A DNA stretch of 58,805 nucleotides from NCBI RefSeq assembly GCF_032062105.1, contig NW_026933569.1:1-58805 (forward strand), written 5' to 3'. Under the pieces are notes generated by a model. That model did not search any database. It had not been told where the DNA came from and worked only from the letters and a program-made list of their open reading frames with translations. The DNA comes from Saccostrea cucullata. Taxonomy: Eukaryota. The stretch's first letter is position 1, and every line of letters starts with the position of its first letter. Of this stretch, positions 1 through 10,993 are shown one piece after another. A program made the translations under genes and the position numbers.

Positions 1-1
1 C

Positions 2-160
2 ACCGTATCTGGAGAGACTTTGGCAGTTTTAGTATCCATTACATGTGGGATAGTACTGTTATTTACTCTTTTTATAACAGCTAGGCCATGGAATATTTTT
101 CATACCATATTCATGGTTGGAAAGAGAACTACAGAGAAAAACTGCCAAACTTCGAACTAG
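2..160 (+). CDS. 3' end (last exon, partial) of a probable membrane protein
   Basis: Frame open from the window edge: TVSGETLAVLVSITCGIVLLFTLFITARPWNIFHTIFMVGKRTTEKNCQTSN*. A ~20-aa hydrophobic segment and short tail end at TAG 158-160, followed by AT-rich UTR-like sequence. Confidence 0.45.
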   Translation, partial: TVSGETLAVLVSITCGIVLLFTLFITARPWNIFHTIFMVGKRTTEKNCQTSN

Positions 161-470
161 TCTATGGAGAAAATCAAGATTTAATTTCTATATACTTCTG
201 TTACATACATCTTTCACAATGTGACAAAATATCACGCTGATTGATAAATGTATTCTAGCTTTAAAACTTTAATTTAATAAAAATATTATTTAATTCAATA
301 ACAAAAATATATATACATGTATATATATATATATATATTTTAAAAGTGGTTCAGTGTTTCTTGTTTTTATATGATTATTTGAAATTATGAGAATTATAAG
401 AATACTTTATTAATTATGGATTACATATCCACTGAGAAAGTGAATGTGAAACCAAATCTAGGTGATGATT

Positions 471-1377
471 TAAGGAATCACTGTCTAGTTAGGAGGGTAT
501 GTCAGGGCATCAACAATAGTGGGAAACATTTTGCATAATGGGCGAAGCCCGTTATGCTTAAATTATCCCATGTTTCCCACTGTTGTTGATGTCCCTGACA
601 TACCCTCCTAACTAGACAGTGATTCCTTATATTTCCATTTCATTGTGAAATAAAATTGTAGATTTAGACTTTAAAAATGTAGATAAATAGATTTAAATCA
701 CATGATGACTTCCATGATGTTTTCAATAGTCCTCGCCAACCGACGTCAAACAAAAGGCATGCAGCCGCACGAGATTTACATGCATATTTGGCCTCCTTAG
801 CGTCAGACACAGAGACAGATGCACACGAGAATTGCATGCGTATTAGGCCTCCTTAGCTCCCGACCTATCGACCTGCCTAATTTACATTCCGGCAGAATTA
901 TCAAGAAATAAACTACCCCTAACTTTCAAAGAGTTATCGCAGAGAGAAAAATTAGAACATATATTTCCATTTCTAATTTTTCTCTCTGCGATAACTCTTT
1001 GAAAGTTAGCAGAGTTAATTTCTTGATAATTTTACCGGAACGTAAATTAGGCAGGTCAATAGGTCAGGAGCTGAGGAGGCCTAATATGCATGCAAATCTC
1101 GTGCGCATCTGTCTCTGAATCTGATGCTAAGGAGGCCAAATATGCATGAAAATTTTGTGCAGCTGCCGTTGTGTTTGAAGTCTGTGGGCGAGGACTATTG
1201 AAATTGGGATGGGAATCCTCGAGTAATTTAAATCTATGTCTGCATTTTTTAAAGTCTAAATCTACAATTTTATTTTACAATGAAATGGAAATATAAGCAA
1301 TCACTGTCTAGTTAGTATAGTATGCCAGGGACATCAACAATAGTGGGAATACTATACTAACTAGACAGTGATTCCTT
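471..1377. mobile_element. Compound palindromic non-autonomous DNA element (hairpin + ~380-bp inverted arms + hairpin)
   Basis: Hairpin 471-629 (TAAGGAATCACTGTCTAGTTAG...CTAACTAGACAGTGATTCCTTA, centre GGGCGAAGCCC). Inverted arms ~575-957 and ~971-1349. A shortened copy of the hairpin lies at 1294-1377. No ORF. Confidence 0.75.
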
Positions 1378-3249
1378 CAATATATGTATAATGATTATAT
1401 GAATTTATATCTCAAGAATTATGGATTAATTTACAAGCTTGACTGTTTAATGTAGATCAGATAAGTACATTTCATGTATATATTTAAGGCAACAATTAAG
1501 ATTATTTACAATGGGAAAGCCTGGGTCATTTAAAATTCAATGGGCAGCTTTAATATTGAAAGTTCAAGGCTAATTCACAAAAATAAAAAACAAATTTACA
1601 GGACTGTGTAAACTGTGACCTGGATTCTTGAGTGGTCAACAGTGGTCTAAAGCAGCAACTCTCTCAGAGTGGGGTAATATTGTTCTACAAATTTGGCCCA
1701 ATTTACTCAAATGAATTGTTATATGAGAAATGGTATCATTGCCTCACTGTGCATATGAAAGGGCATATCAATCCAATAATAAACACCTTGCTATCATTAC
1801 ACATAAAAAACTGTTACACGGCAGTGTTTTTCCTTTCTTTCACAGTAAAAGGTTAGAGATCAGTTGTAACAGGCTTTGAACAAAATCTCTGTGGACCTAA
1901 CAACAATTAATTTTTTTTTTACTTTTTTTGTTTTGAAGCGGCATTTTTGTCAGTTGAAGTGGTCAATTTGGCCAGTAGCCGGTTCTTAGGGAAAATACTG
2001 CATGGTATCATTATTTTAGAGTAAAAGATATACATTTTGAAAAAAATTCTTATTATATTATAATCATGGAAATCAATAATTATATACACTAACAGTACTG
2101 TAATAGTTAATTTTTTTTCCTTTTCGTAAAACCTGGGCTATAATTATGCATCATATGTTCTAGCTGTTACATGCAAGCTTGGGATTCTATAGGATTGATA
2201 CTTATGTAGTGAAATATTATTATATTAAGTATGAATTATGATTTCATAATTATATTTTCCTACATCAATATCAATACTATGGATTCCATAGCTTTTGATT
2301 TTATTACATGTACTATTGTACTTGTCTGATGTTTTAACCAGGGCATATAAGTGAATTGTAATCTTTCAAGTCCATTTATGGAGCAAACATTAAATTCAGC
2401 TGCAATAAACCATTCTCTTTTATACAAGCATTACCTATGTGGCAAACAATTTTGTTTTCTCGCTCATTCAAATTACCTTGCAATGTGGTTCATTAAAAAA
2501 ATTAGATTTATATGTCTTTCTAAAAAGTTAAGCTTTTATCGTTTTTATGTTTTTAGTTGAAATTTGTGTTTACATTAATTAACATTTACTAGAAATAAAT
2601 AGGGCAAAGTGTCACTGTATTTTGGAAAAACAATAATTATCATTGTCTATTTTGACTTTTGGTATACCTTATTTATGAGGTCATTTGTTTACCTTAACAT
2701 ATAAATGAATTCTAAAGTAATGTACGTGTGTTTCCCAAACATTTGAACTCAACATCAAGATATTGTAATAGCATTATATTTGCCAAAATACAATCAAAAT
2801 ACATGTGTATATACAAGTGCAATACATGTAGTTTTTTTTTAAAAAATATATTTTTTAAAATATATTTTCTTTATTTTTCATTAAACATGTTAACAGGTTA
2901 AAAATCATTGATTATTACCAAATTTGCACTTTGGGTAATTATCAATGATTTTTGCTTTTAGCACTTAAAAAATGCTTAGCATTTGAAAATTAAAGCACCT
3001 AAATAACCAAGACAACCATGATTACCAGCATTTCATAAATAACAAATTGACAGATGTACAAAATAGAAGCAGATGCTACTAGAATGTTGAAGGTGGGGGT
3101 GGTTATATCAAATAAAATTTTAAGAAAATTAATAATCCATAAATAAGTGTAAATTTTAAACTGTAAATTTAGTGAAAAAAGACCCCCCCCCAAAAAAAAA
3201 TTAATAAATAAATGAGAGAATAAAGTAACTCCAGTTCCTTTTATGTCAC

Positions 3250-3335
3250 ATCTTCCCTAGCCAGTGGTTTCTGATATATGTTACTCTCCTTAGTAAGAGA
3301 GCAGCATATCAGAAAGTCCCTTGGCTAGCAATGAT
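3250..3335. repeat. Short imperfect palindrome (MITE-like relic)
   Basis: CTAGCCA...TTTCTGATAT...CTCTC pairs with GAGAG...ATATCAGAAA...TGGCTAG. Confidence 0.45.
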
Positions 3336-3401
3336 ATTTATGCGAAAGAAAAAGGATGAAGACAGTTAAAGTATGTGCAGTAATATGTATATCGTTAGGC
3401 G

Positions 3402-4053
3402 TATAATCCCTATTAACCGCCCCTACCCCTATAAGCACCCCCCTGAGGTCTTTTTCAATTGTCAGGAAATACCTGTATGGGCCCCCTGTAAGCAACTAAA
3501 ATCAACTAGAATCGTATCAAAAAATGAAGAAAGTGAAAATGAAATTTGTCTATCATCCAATTTCTCGGTGGAAAATGAACAATTTAGCATAATTTGGGTG
3601 GATTATCTTCACTTTAAGTAAAGTTAGACATTATCTTAGTTGTTTCTTGTATTTATTTTTATTTTCAAATGATTTTTTGAAGCTAAAATATGACATTAAA
3701 TATCATAAAGAGAACACCAAAATATTATAGTTTGCAGCTAACTGTAAAGTTTCACATTACGTCACGATCTTACTAGTTGACAGCTGCGCTCAAGGTAAAC
3801 TGTACACGCCTCCTAACTGCAAGCTATACGACTGGAACTTTCTTCTTATCCCTGATTGGTTGCTCATGCAACAGACTATTTCCGTGTCAATGTTGATGAT
3901 CTGAGTTGACCAATCACGTGAATTGTTTACGCTGGATGCATCTGACGAAAAAGATTGTGACGTAACGTGAAACTTTACAGATAGCAGCAAACTATAATAA
4001 CCGCCCCCTTTTTGCAATTTTCTAGACGCCCGAGGCGGTTATTAGGGATTATA
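3402..4053. mobile_element. MITE with ~20-bp TIRs and an internal inverted repeat
   Basis: TATAATCCCTATTAACCGCC (3402-3421) vs GGCGGTTATTAGGGATTATA (4034-4053), 19/20 match. Internal inverted repeat ~3727-3770 / ~3952-3996. Confidence 0.7.
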
Positions 4054-4716
4054 AACTATTATAGGTAGGTTGGCATTCAATACCCTCTCGACCCCCCTTC
4101 CAAAAAAAGATCTAGTTATTATAAGAATCCTTTCTCATCAGGGAGGGGCACTGAAGATGAAGAACAATCAATCATTATCATGACTAAAATAAACAGGGGC
4201 AATAACTCTAAGTCAATGCATTTACAACAAACAATCCAGAGAGTTCTGAACGTCAACATGGCATGTAAATTTAAAGCGAGAAAAAATATTGAAAAAATGA
4301 TTTTTTCTTTATATTAATTGAATTACTTTTTAGAATAAGAGCCCATATACAATCTCAAAAGGGATTGTATTGAATTATTTGGTACTTTTTTTTCCAGTGC
4401 AACCCCTTTTATATTCTTAAAAATCATTTTGGAGCGGATCAGCTCTGATTTGCTACACTGCAACTATATGGGAAGTATTCTAACTGTGGTGAGGGCTTGT
4501 CCGGCAACACTCTACCACTGCCTATTAAATGATGTTTGACACATGATAAAATATCACTTATATTTTTTCACTAAAAATAGTGGAAATTTCTTGTAGTTTA
4601 ATTTGAGTAAATCAATTAGTACTACATGAAAAATGTACTTTTAATATGTTTAAAATGTCTAACACGTCAAAATCTTAATAGTGATATGCAATTATAGCGA
4701 GCGCAGTGAGCGTCGA

Positions 4717-4944
4717 TCGTCACTGCGATCTCTTAAAGCAACGCCTGTGCGAAGAGAAAATCGGACTACTGCAAATTCATTCGATAGAATTTTTTGACGC
4801 AGTAATTTGGACCCACAATGCATCACTTGTTCGTCACTGCGATCTCTTAAAGCAATGCCTGTGCGAAGAGAAAATCGGACTACTGCACATTCATCCGATA
4901 GAATTTTTTGACGCAGTAATTTGGACTCACAATGCATCACTTGT
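4717..4944. repeat. Tandem duplication, 2 x 114 bp
   Basis: TCGTCACTGCGATCTCTTAAAGCA... starts at 4717 and 4831 with few mismatches. It explains the repeated ORFs 4692-4940 and 4706-4969. Confidence 0.9.
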
Positions 4945-6199
4945 TAAAGCTACGTTCTTGCGAGAATAGCAGCAAAAGTTCAACTTAAAGTAAACATGCC
5001 CTGGTTTAATGGATAAATATTGAAGGTAAATAGTAAATGAAACGTTCTTCATTTACTTTCAGCAATGTTCAGACTTCTTTTTGGAAATGTAACTTACATA
5101 CAGTGTCATGTGACGTCAGAGTTTAGACACACCAAATGTCACAGGCAGTTTGACAAGCCCGATCTAAATTATAACAAAATAAATAGAGCTATCTGCGCTC
5201 GCCATAACGGTCGCATCGTCAACATATTATTGAAGACATGTTTAGTTAGACAATGAAAAGTATCATATGGGAGGTTCTGTACATCATGTACATGTAATTT
5301 ACATAACTTTCACATCTTTCAGAAGGGAAGACTTTGGTTGTACACAAGTCTGAATGGTTTTGAAAAGTGTACAGATTAAATCTCATCAGTTGTTCATCTA
5401 AGAACATATTGAATGTCTAAGGCGACTGGTTATACATCTAAATCATATGTCTGACATTTGAACTTATTCATCAATTTGGGTCAAATATAGCCTAGTAGAA
5501 TTTGGTCCGCATGATTTAAGATTAAAAATAAAATGTGATAATTTTTAATGTCTTGTAACAAACCTGGTTTCGTCATAACAATCAGGATGTTTATCCATTA
5601 TTTTGGCATTCCAGCAATTTCACAAATAATTTTCTACATGTTAATTAATCAAAACATGTCATCAACAAGATCTAAATCAGGTTACTGGAGTAAAAGGGTC
5701 CTATCGCTGCAAATGTAAATAGTGTAATAGATACAGCGCATGCGCATTTTTTGGCATGATAGTAGATTGTACGTATAAGAATTCGATATGACGAAGGCTT
5801 ATTCTATATTCTTGTAAACATTCTACATTGTCTGATTTAAAAAAAATATTCAAGAAAAGCAGTTTTTTATTAGGGAAGATAACAGAAATATTTTTCCACC
5901 ATCAGTTCAAATGAGAAAGAAAACATTTAAAGGATCCAGAAAAAATCTATTTATAGCATTTGGGTTTTCCTGCTTTGGTGTGTGGAATGGAAAAGATTTT
6001 ACAGCTTTAGGTTAGTTGAAAACAGTGCCATAACGGTTGTATGCATGTGTAAGTGTTAGTCAGAAATTACGGCGTATAAAGTTGAATCAGAATGGCAGTT
6101 TTGGTTTGATCAGTGCGTTAGTCGATGCTTAAATAAAATACAATTATATACATGTTTACAACATTGTTGCATATTTGTTGCAGGAGCTGAGGCAAAAGA

Positions 6200-7898
6200 A
6201 TGAGTGGAAATATTGTATTCACAACAGCTGATTATGAAGACAGTGGTATACTTTAAATGCCTCTATTTCCTAAATTCAATACAATAATGGTTTTCTCAAA
6301 TGTTTGCATGTGATGTAACTTTCAGTTTCAGCTATTATCGATAAATCAGTGTTTAAGGATTGGTTCATTGGTGTTTGAATTAAAGGCGAAAGAGAATAAG
6401 TTTTTGGATATTAAACCTAAATTCTAATGCAATTGTTTTGTAAAACACGTTTTAATTGGTTAATGCACTGATGTTCAGAAATGAAGCAGTAAAACGAACA
6501 TTAACGAGAGTGAAAGCTTTTCGTTGTGACGTCATAATAGAGCGACATAAAAACGCAATGCTCTATGACGTAGTTCATATTAATCCAAGATTCCAAAAAT
6601 TCAAATATTATAAGTTGAAACTTTAACCCCCGCTTTTATATTGTGACTTGTGCAGGGGAGATCTCCCCAGCACAAGTCACAATATACAAGCAGGGATTAG
6701 AGTCAGAGAAATCTCGGATTAATTTCATTTAAGGAAACTCAATAAAATTAGACGTAAACAACTAACTAAATGCATGGATTGCATTAGAATGGGAATAACT
6801 AATCTTCCAGTTTGGTATTTGCGACCGTTAATGCTGATTTAACGAATCGCAAACATACCGCGTTCGCCGGAAAAAATAAAATAAAACTGTTTGTTGCAAG
6901 TTTGCGACCGTTAAATCAGCATTAATGGTCGCAAATACCAAGTTAGAAGTTATTCCCTAAATCATGAACAAAATAACATATGAAAATGGCGTAATTAAAT
7001 AGTTGTTATATACTTATAGTTTGGGCTTTGTCAAAAAATATCAGAGTAGCAGAGTTGATAGTGATGCAGCCCTTGGTGGAAACCTAAGATATGAATGCCT
7101 GTTTCGATTGCCGTTTTAAGTGTTGGTGTGCCCAGCCCTAATTTCTTTCATGTCACAGATTTGGTGCCATTGCTCACCCCTTGATTTGGAAAATGTATGT
7201 GAAGTCCTACAATTTTTGTGTGCAATCCCCTCCGATTATTCCCCGCCGTGGAACTGGTGTCTTCAAAATGCAAAGACAATTTTAAGAGCAAGGAATGTAA
7301 TGGTTTTGGTTGCATGTAGGTATGAGCTATAGGTATACATGTAGCAGATCAGCAGAGTACCTGACTATAGTTATGCAAGAGTCCCGGATTAGATTTCCAG
7401 TACAATTGTACATTTCCTCAATTCCTGTTACATGTAGTCAACTTCTCATAAGGCTGGGTTCTGATAAAATTTAATATAAACAGCAAATATGTATTGTACC
7501 TTGGGCCTACAAATACGTAATTTAATATGTATAGAAGCTATAATTATATATTTTTTATATTAAATAAGACATAGACGCCTGTTATTAAATTTCTTTAATA
7601 AACTATCATAATGAATGGCACTTAATTGTACCTTTAGATGATGAGGACTTTGATGATGTGGAGGAATATGAGGACAATATGGAAACATTTTCCTCAACTC
7701 CTGCAACAACAGCAACACCAACAGGCACAGCAGCAACTCCAACAAACAGCACAGTTGTGCAACCAAATGTGGCTACCCAGTCAGCCTCTGCTTCAGGGTT
7801 TCCAGGGCAAGGACTTTTATCCCAAACTTTGCAGACATTAAGCAATGTTGTGCAACATGGTGCCCAAATGCTTCAAAGACAGCAACCACCTAATGCAC

Positions 7899-7931
<33 letters not shown>

Positions 7932-10900
7932 TCATTTTGGTAGATGAAGCAAATCCCCCCCAAACAAGACAGGGTGGGCAAGAGTTTGTTCCCCTTCATC
8001 TACCACCAGTAGAGCTTGAGAGTACCAATTATTTGAGTGAGGAACAGTTAAACTGTAAGTTTATGCCATATTAGTGTTAATTTTTTGATCATGAAATTAG
8101 TTCACACAGATTCCATCATTTAGATGTTGCTTCAGCAAGTAGTTTAGTATAAAAATTATTTTATCTTCAGTGTTACTCAAATGATCAAGACATGCTGAAG
8201 TAGTTCAAAGTGGTAAAATATTTTCATGTCACCATGTACATGGTAACTAAAGTCAAGTAGAGAAATTTTTGACTCAGTATTACTATGTATACATGTACCT
8301 ATAAATATAGTTAATATAATTTTTATATGATAAATTTTCAGTATTTTAATGGTGTTATACCGGTAGAATAATGACAAAATTTTAACAATTTTAAGATAAA
8401 AGAAATTATGCATTTATGTTCAATATTTGTACTTTTTGTTTTCAGTATGGCATGATTTTTTCAATGTTACTCCAATAAACTCGGAGGAATTCTTTGTGGA
8501 GTATGGTGCATACTACTCAGCCAGAAGAACCCTATGGAATCGAGGTTGGGTCACCATCATAGGTTTCCCTGGTGATGGAAAGAAATCCCTAGCTGAGCAT
8601 CTTCTCATAAAGTTTGTTAAGAAACCCGAGAAACTTGTTCCAAGACCAGAGATGAGACATAGAAATGAGTGGGAAAGAATAGCATTAGATGAAGAAGGCA
8701 GAGAACAATACACTGTTGTGATCGTCAACTCTTATGAAAAATGGCGACGCAAAGTTAATCCTAGCAAAAAACAGTGTGTGCTGATAGATAAGATATTTGG
8801 TCCTGCAACATACACTGTATCAAAGGTTGAAGAGTGGATAAACCATCTTGATGAAATTCTTGAAACTGCTGTCCAAAATAGACCAAATACTTTAGTTATC
8901 ATCACATTTCAAAAGCATCAACTGGAGAAAATTCACCCAAGAGTAACACTATGTCCTTTGTTTCAAACAAAACATGTGATTGATCTATCATTAGACAAGT
9001 ACAAGCCCGGGAATTATGACAGGATGAAGATTCTAGAAGGTTGCTGTGGAGGAAAGCATGGCTTATCTTACAGAGAACAGGATGAGATTGAGAAAGCTAA
9101 TAACAACTCGTACGCCTACCATAGCCGACTCTACGCAGGTGTCAAAAGTTTCCATATGGAAGGACAGCAGTATTTCAAAAACCCTGAAAAATCAGTGGAA
9201 ACTGTGCTTCAGAAAGTATATAGTTTTGATAAAATTATTTACTACACTCTGGCATGTGTGGGGTTGTTGGATGGAAAGATTGAACTGGATAAAGAGAGGT
9301 TTGAAGATTATACAGATTTTCAGCAAAATATTTTTAGACAACTTAGAACGGCTTTAAGTGTTCCAGATGATATGAGTTTGGAAAAGATGAGGTACGCATG
9401 TACTCTTCTTTCAGGAGTGTTTCTGGAACCAGTTAGTTGCATCATTGGAAATTCTGCCATGAAAGAATGTTCTACTTTGTGACTGATTCAGTATTTAGAA
9501 AAATTCCTCAAAAAATTCTGGAAATCTGTAGTTTAGATTTTTTGAATGAATGCATTAGAACATCTAGTTACTTCACAATTACCATGGAATCTAACCTGAG
9601 TGTTTGGAATAAAGACTATAGTTCACTGAGCCAAAGACTTGTTTTTGAAATTTTGAAAGGCAATGTCAGACTTATAGCATCACACCCAAGTCTGTGTGAT
9701 GTGAGATTTGGAGAAGCTTTTGTCAAATTCATGGGGGAAATGGGAAGTCTGCAACCTGTCCTTCAGCAAAGGGGAGAATATAATCGTACCTTTTTCTTTT
9801 GGGTTTGCTACTATGGACAAGACCAAACCATCAAGCATTTAATAAAACATGATGATTTTAAAGACTTCAAACAACATGAGTGGTTCAAAGAAGAGTTGGA
9901 CATCTCTCTGTTTGCAGCTTGCTATGGGAATGGCATGAATTACGGAAGACTTGTAAAAATGCTGATAGAAGAAGGAGCTTCATTGACTGCCACTGACCCA
10001 TTACCAGATGAAGATTTTCTTGTTCTATATGGACAGGAAATATTTGATTTAGTTAGGAAGCTCCGAGCCCCATTGCTTCATGTTGCAGCAGTGTATGGGT
10101 CACATGATACAATGCAATCTTTGATAGAGAAAGGTGTAATTGTGAATGAGAAGACAGAAGATGGATTTACAGTTTATCACAGAGCCGCCAGAAATCCAGA
10201 TGATGGAGCACTTAGAGCACTTTTGAAGTCTAAACCAGACATCAATTCTATTAAGAGTGCAACTGGAAGCTTGCCAATTCACGAAGCCATACGATGTGGG
10301 GGAGAAAGTGCAACACGTCAGCTCCACTGGAGCGGAAGTGACATCAAAGACAATTACAAAATGGACGATGGTAGATCAATGCTAGCTGCAGCAACTGGTG
10401 TTGGGGTAGAAGGAATTGTCAGGACTATTACGAATGCAATGACAAAGCCAAAGCCGGAAGGATGCCAAGATAACTGGCCAGCTTTACATACTGCTTGTGC
10501 CTTTGGAAATATTGAACTAGTGAAGACTTTGCTTGAAAGAGATATACCTGTTAATGCAAAAGGCCTTGGTGGATGGACTGCACTTCATTTTGCAGTACTT
10601 TTCAATCAACCGAGAATAATAAGCATGTTACTAGACAAAAATGCAGATGTGAATTGCCAAGCAGAAGACAAGAAAACCCCTCTGCACATCGCAGCAGAAA
10701 ATGGTTATTGGCATCTGGTCGATGTTCTGTTGGATAAAAAGGCCACTCCAGAAAGTACCACAAAAGAAGGCGACTTTGCAATAACATCGGCAGCTCTGAA
10801 CGGTCACATAGAAATAGTGAAAACGTTGATCGAAGAAGGGATAGAACTTGAGTTTCCAAAGGAAAGGGAGGAAGATCCACATGAAAGAGAGCGTATGATG

Positions 10901-10993
10901 CGAATGATGATGATGCATGCACGAGAGCGCGAGAGAGAGCGGGACAGGATGAAAATGCGAAACATGAAAGATTTCAAGGATATGAAAAAATAG
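6200..10993 (+). CDS. Gene A: nSTAND3-like (degenerate) P-loop NTPase + ankyrin-repeat protein, ~1003 aa if the frameshift is corrected
   Basis: Exons 6200-6245 (MSGNIVFTTADYEDS, G|gtatac), 7638-8054 (tttag|...T|gtaagt) and 8446-10993 (ttcag|), with consistent phase-1 introns. The total is 3011 nt; +1 nt gives 1004 codons. Motifs: FFVE...WVTIIGFPGDGKKSLA, CVLIDKIFG, VIITFQ, HVIDLS, then ankyrin repeats (GWTALHFAV, KKTPLHIAAENG). Confidence 0.85.
6625..6698. repeat. Near-perfect ~74-bp palindrome in intron 1 of gene A
   Basis: ATATTGTGACTTGTGCAGGGGAGATCTCCCCAGCACAAGTCACAATAT. Confidence 0.75.
6791..6957. mobile_element. Hairpin MITE-like element in intron 1 of gene A
   Basis: GGGAATAACT...TTGGTATTTGCGACCGTTAATGCTGATTTAACG pairs with CGTTAAATCAGCATTAATGGTCGCAAATACCAA...AGTTATTCCC. 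Confidence 0.65.
8446..9437 (+). CDS. Gene A exon 3, 5' part: STAND-type NTPase-like and helical domains
   Basis: ORF 8427-9482. Walker A-like GFPGDGKKS at 8562-8588; Walker B-like CVLIDKIFG at 8775-8801. Confidence 0.8.
9437..10993 (+). CDS. Gene A exon 3, 3' part: ankyrin-repeat array with Met/Arg/Glu-rich tail
   Basis: ORF 9437-10993 with multiple ankyrin consensus repeats (PLLHVAA, LPIHEAI, PALHTAC, TALHFAV, TPLHIAA). It is in the -1 frame relative to the upstream ORF. Confidence 0.9.
   Translation: MHHWKFCHERMFYFVTDSVFRKIPQKILEICSLDFLNECIRTSSYFTITMESNLSVWNKDYSSLSQRLVFEILKGNVRLIASHPSLCDVRFGEAFVKFMGEMGSLQPVLQQRGEYNRTFFFWVCYYGQDQTIKHLIKHDDFKDFKQHEWFKEELDISLFAACYGNGMNYGRLVKMLIEEGASLTATDPLPDEDFLVLYGQEIFDLVRKLRAPLLHVAAVYGSHDTMQSLIEKGVIVNEKTEDGFTVYHRAARNPDDGALRALLKSKPDINSIKSATGSLPIHEAIRCGGESATRQLHWSGSDIKDNYKMDDGRSMLAAATGVGVEGIVRTITNAMTKPKPEGCQDNWPALHTACAFGNIELVKTLLERDIPVNAKGLGGWTALHFAVLFNQPRIISMLLDKNADVNCQAEDKKTPLHIAAENGYWHLVDVLLDKKATPESTTKEGDFAITSAALNGHIEIVKTLIEEGIELEFPKEREEDPHERERMMRMMMMHARERERERDRMKMRNMKDFKDMKK

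Noticed and set aside
4692-4969. Two overlapping repeat ORFs
   Set aside because: Product of a 114-bp tandem duplication in repeat-like non-coding DNA.
9420-9482. Programmed -1 ribosomal frameshift or a small intron joining the two ORFs of gene A
   Set aside because: There is no X_XXY_YYZ slippery heptamer. The candidate GT-AG pairs tested (9432-9491, 9392-9491) do not restore the ankyrin frame. A single missing T explains it.
10100-10922. Antisense ORFs, including 'MHHHHSHH' (10631-10918)
   Set aside because: Shadows of the ankyrin CDS; the His run is the reverse complement of the ATG run.
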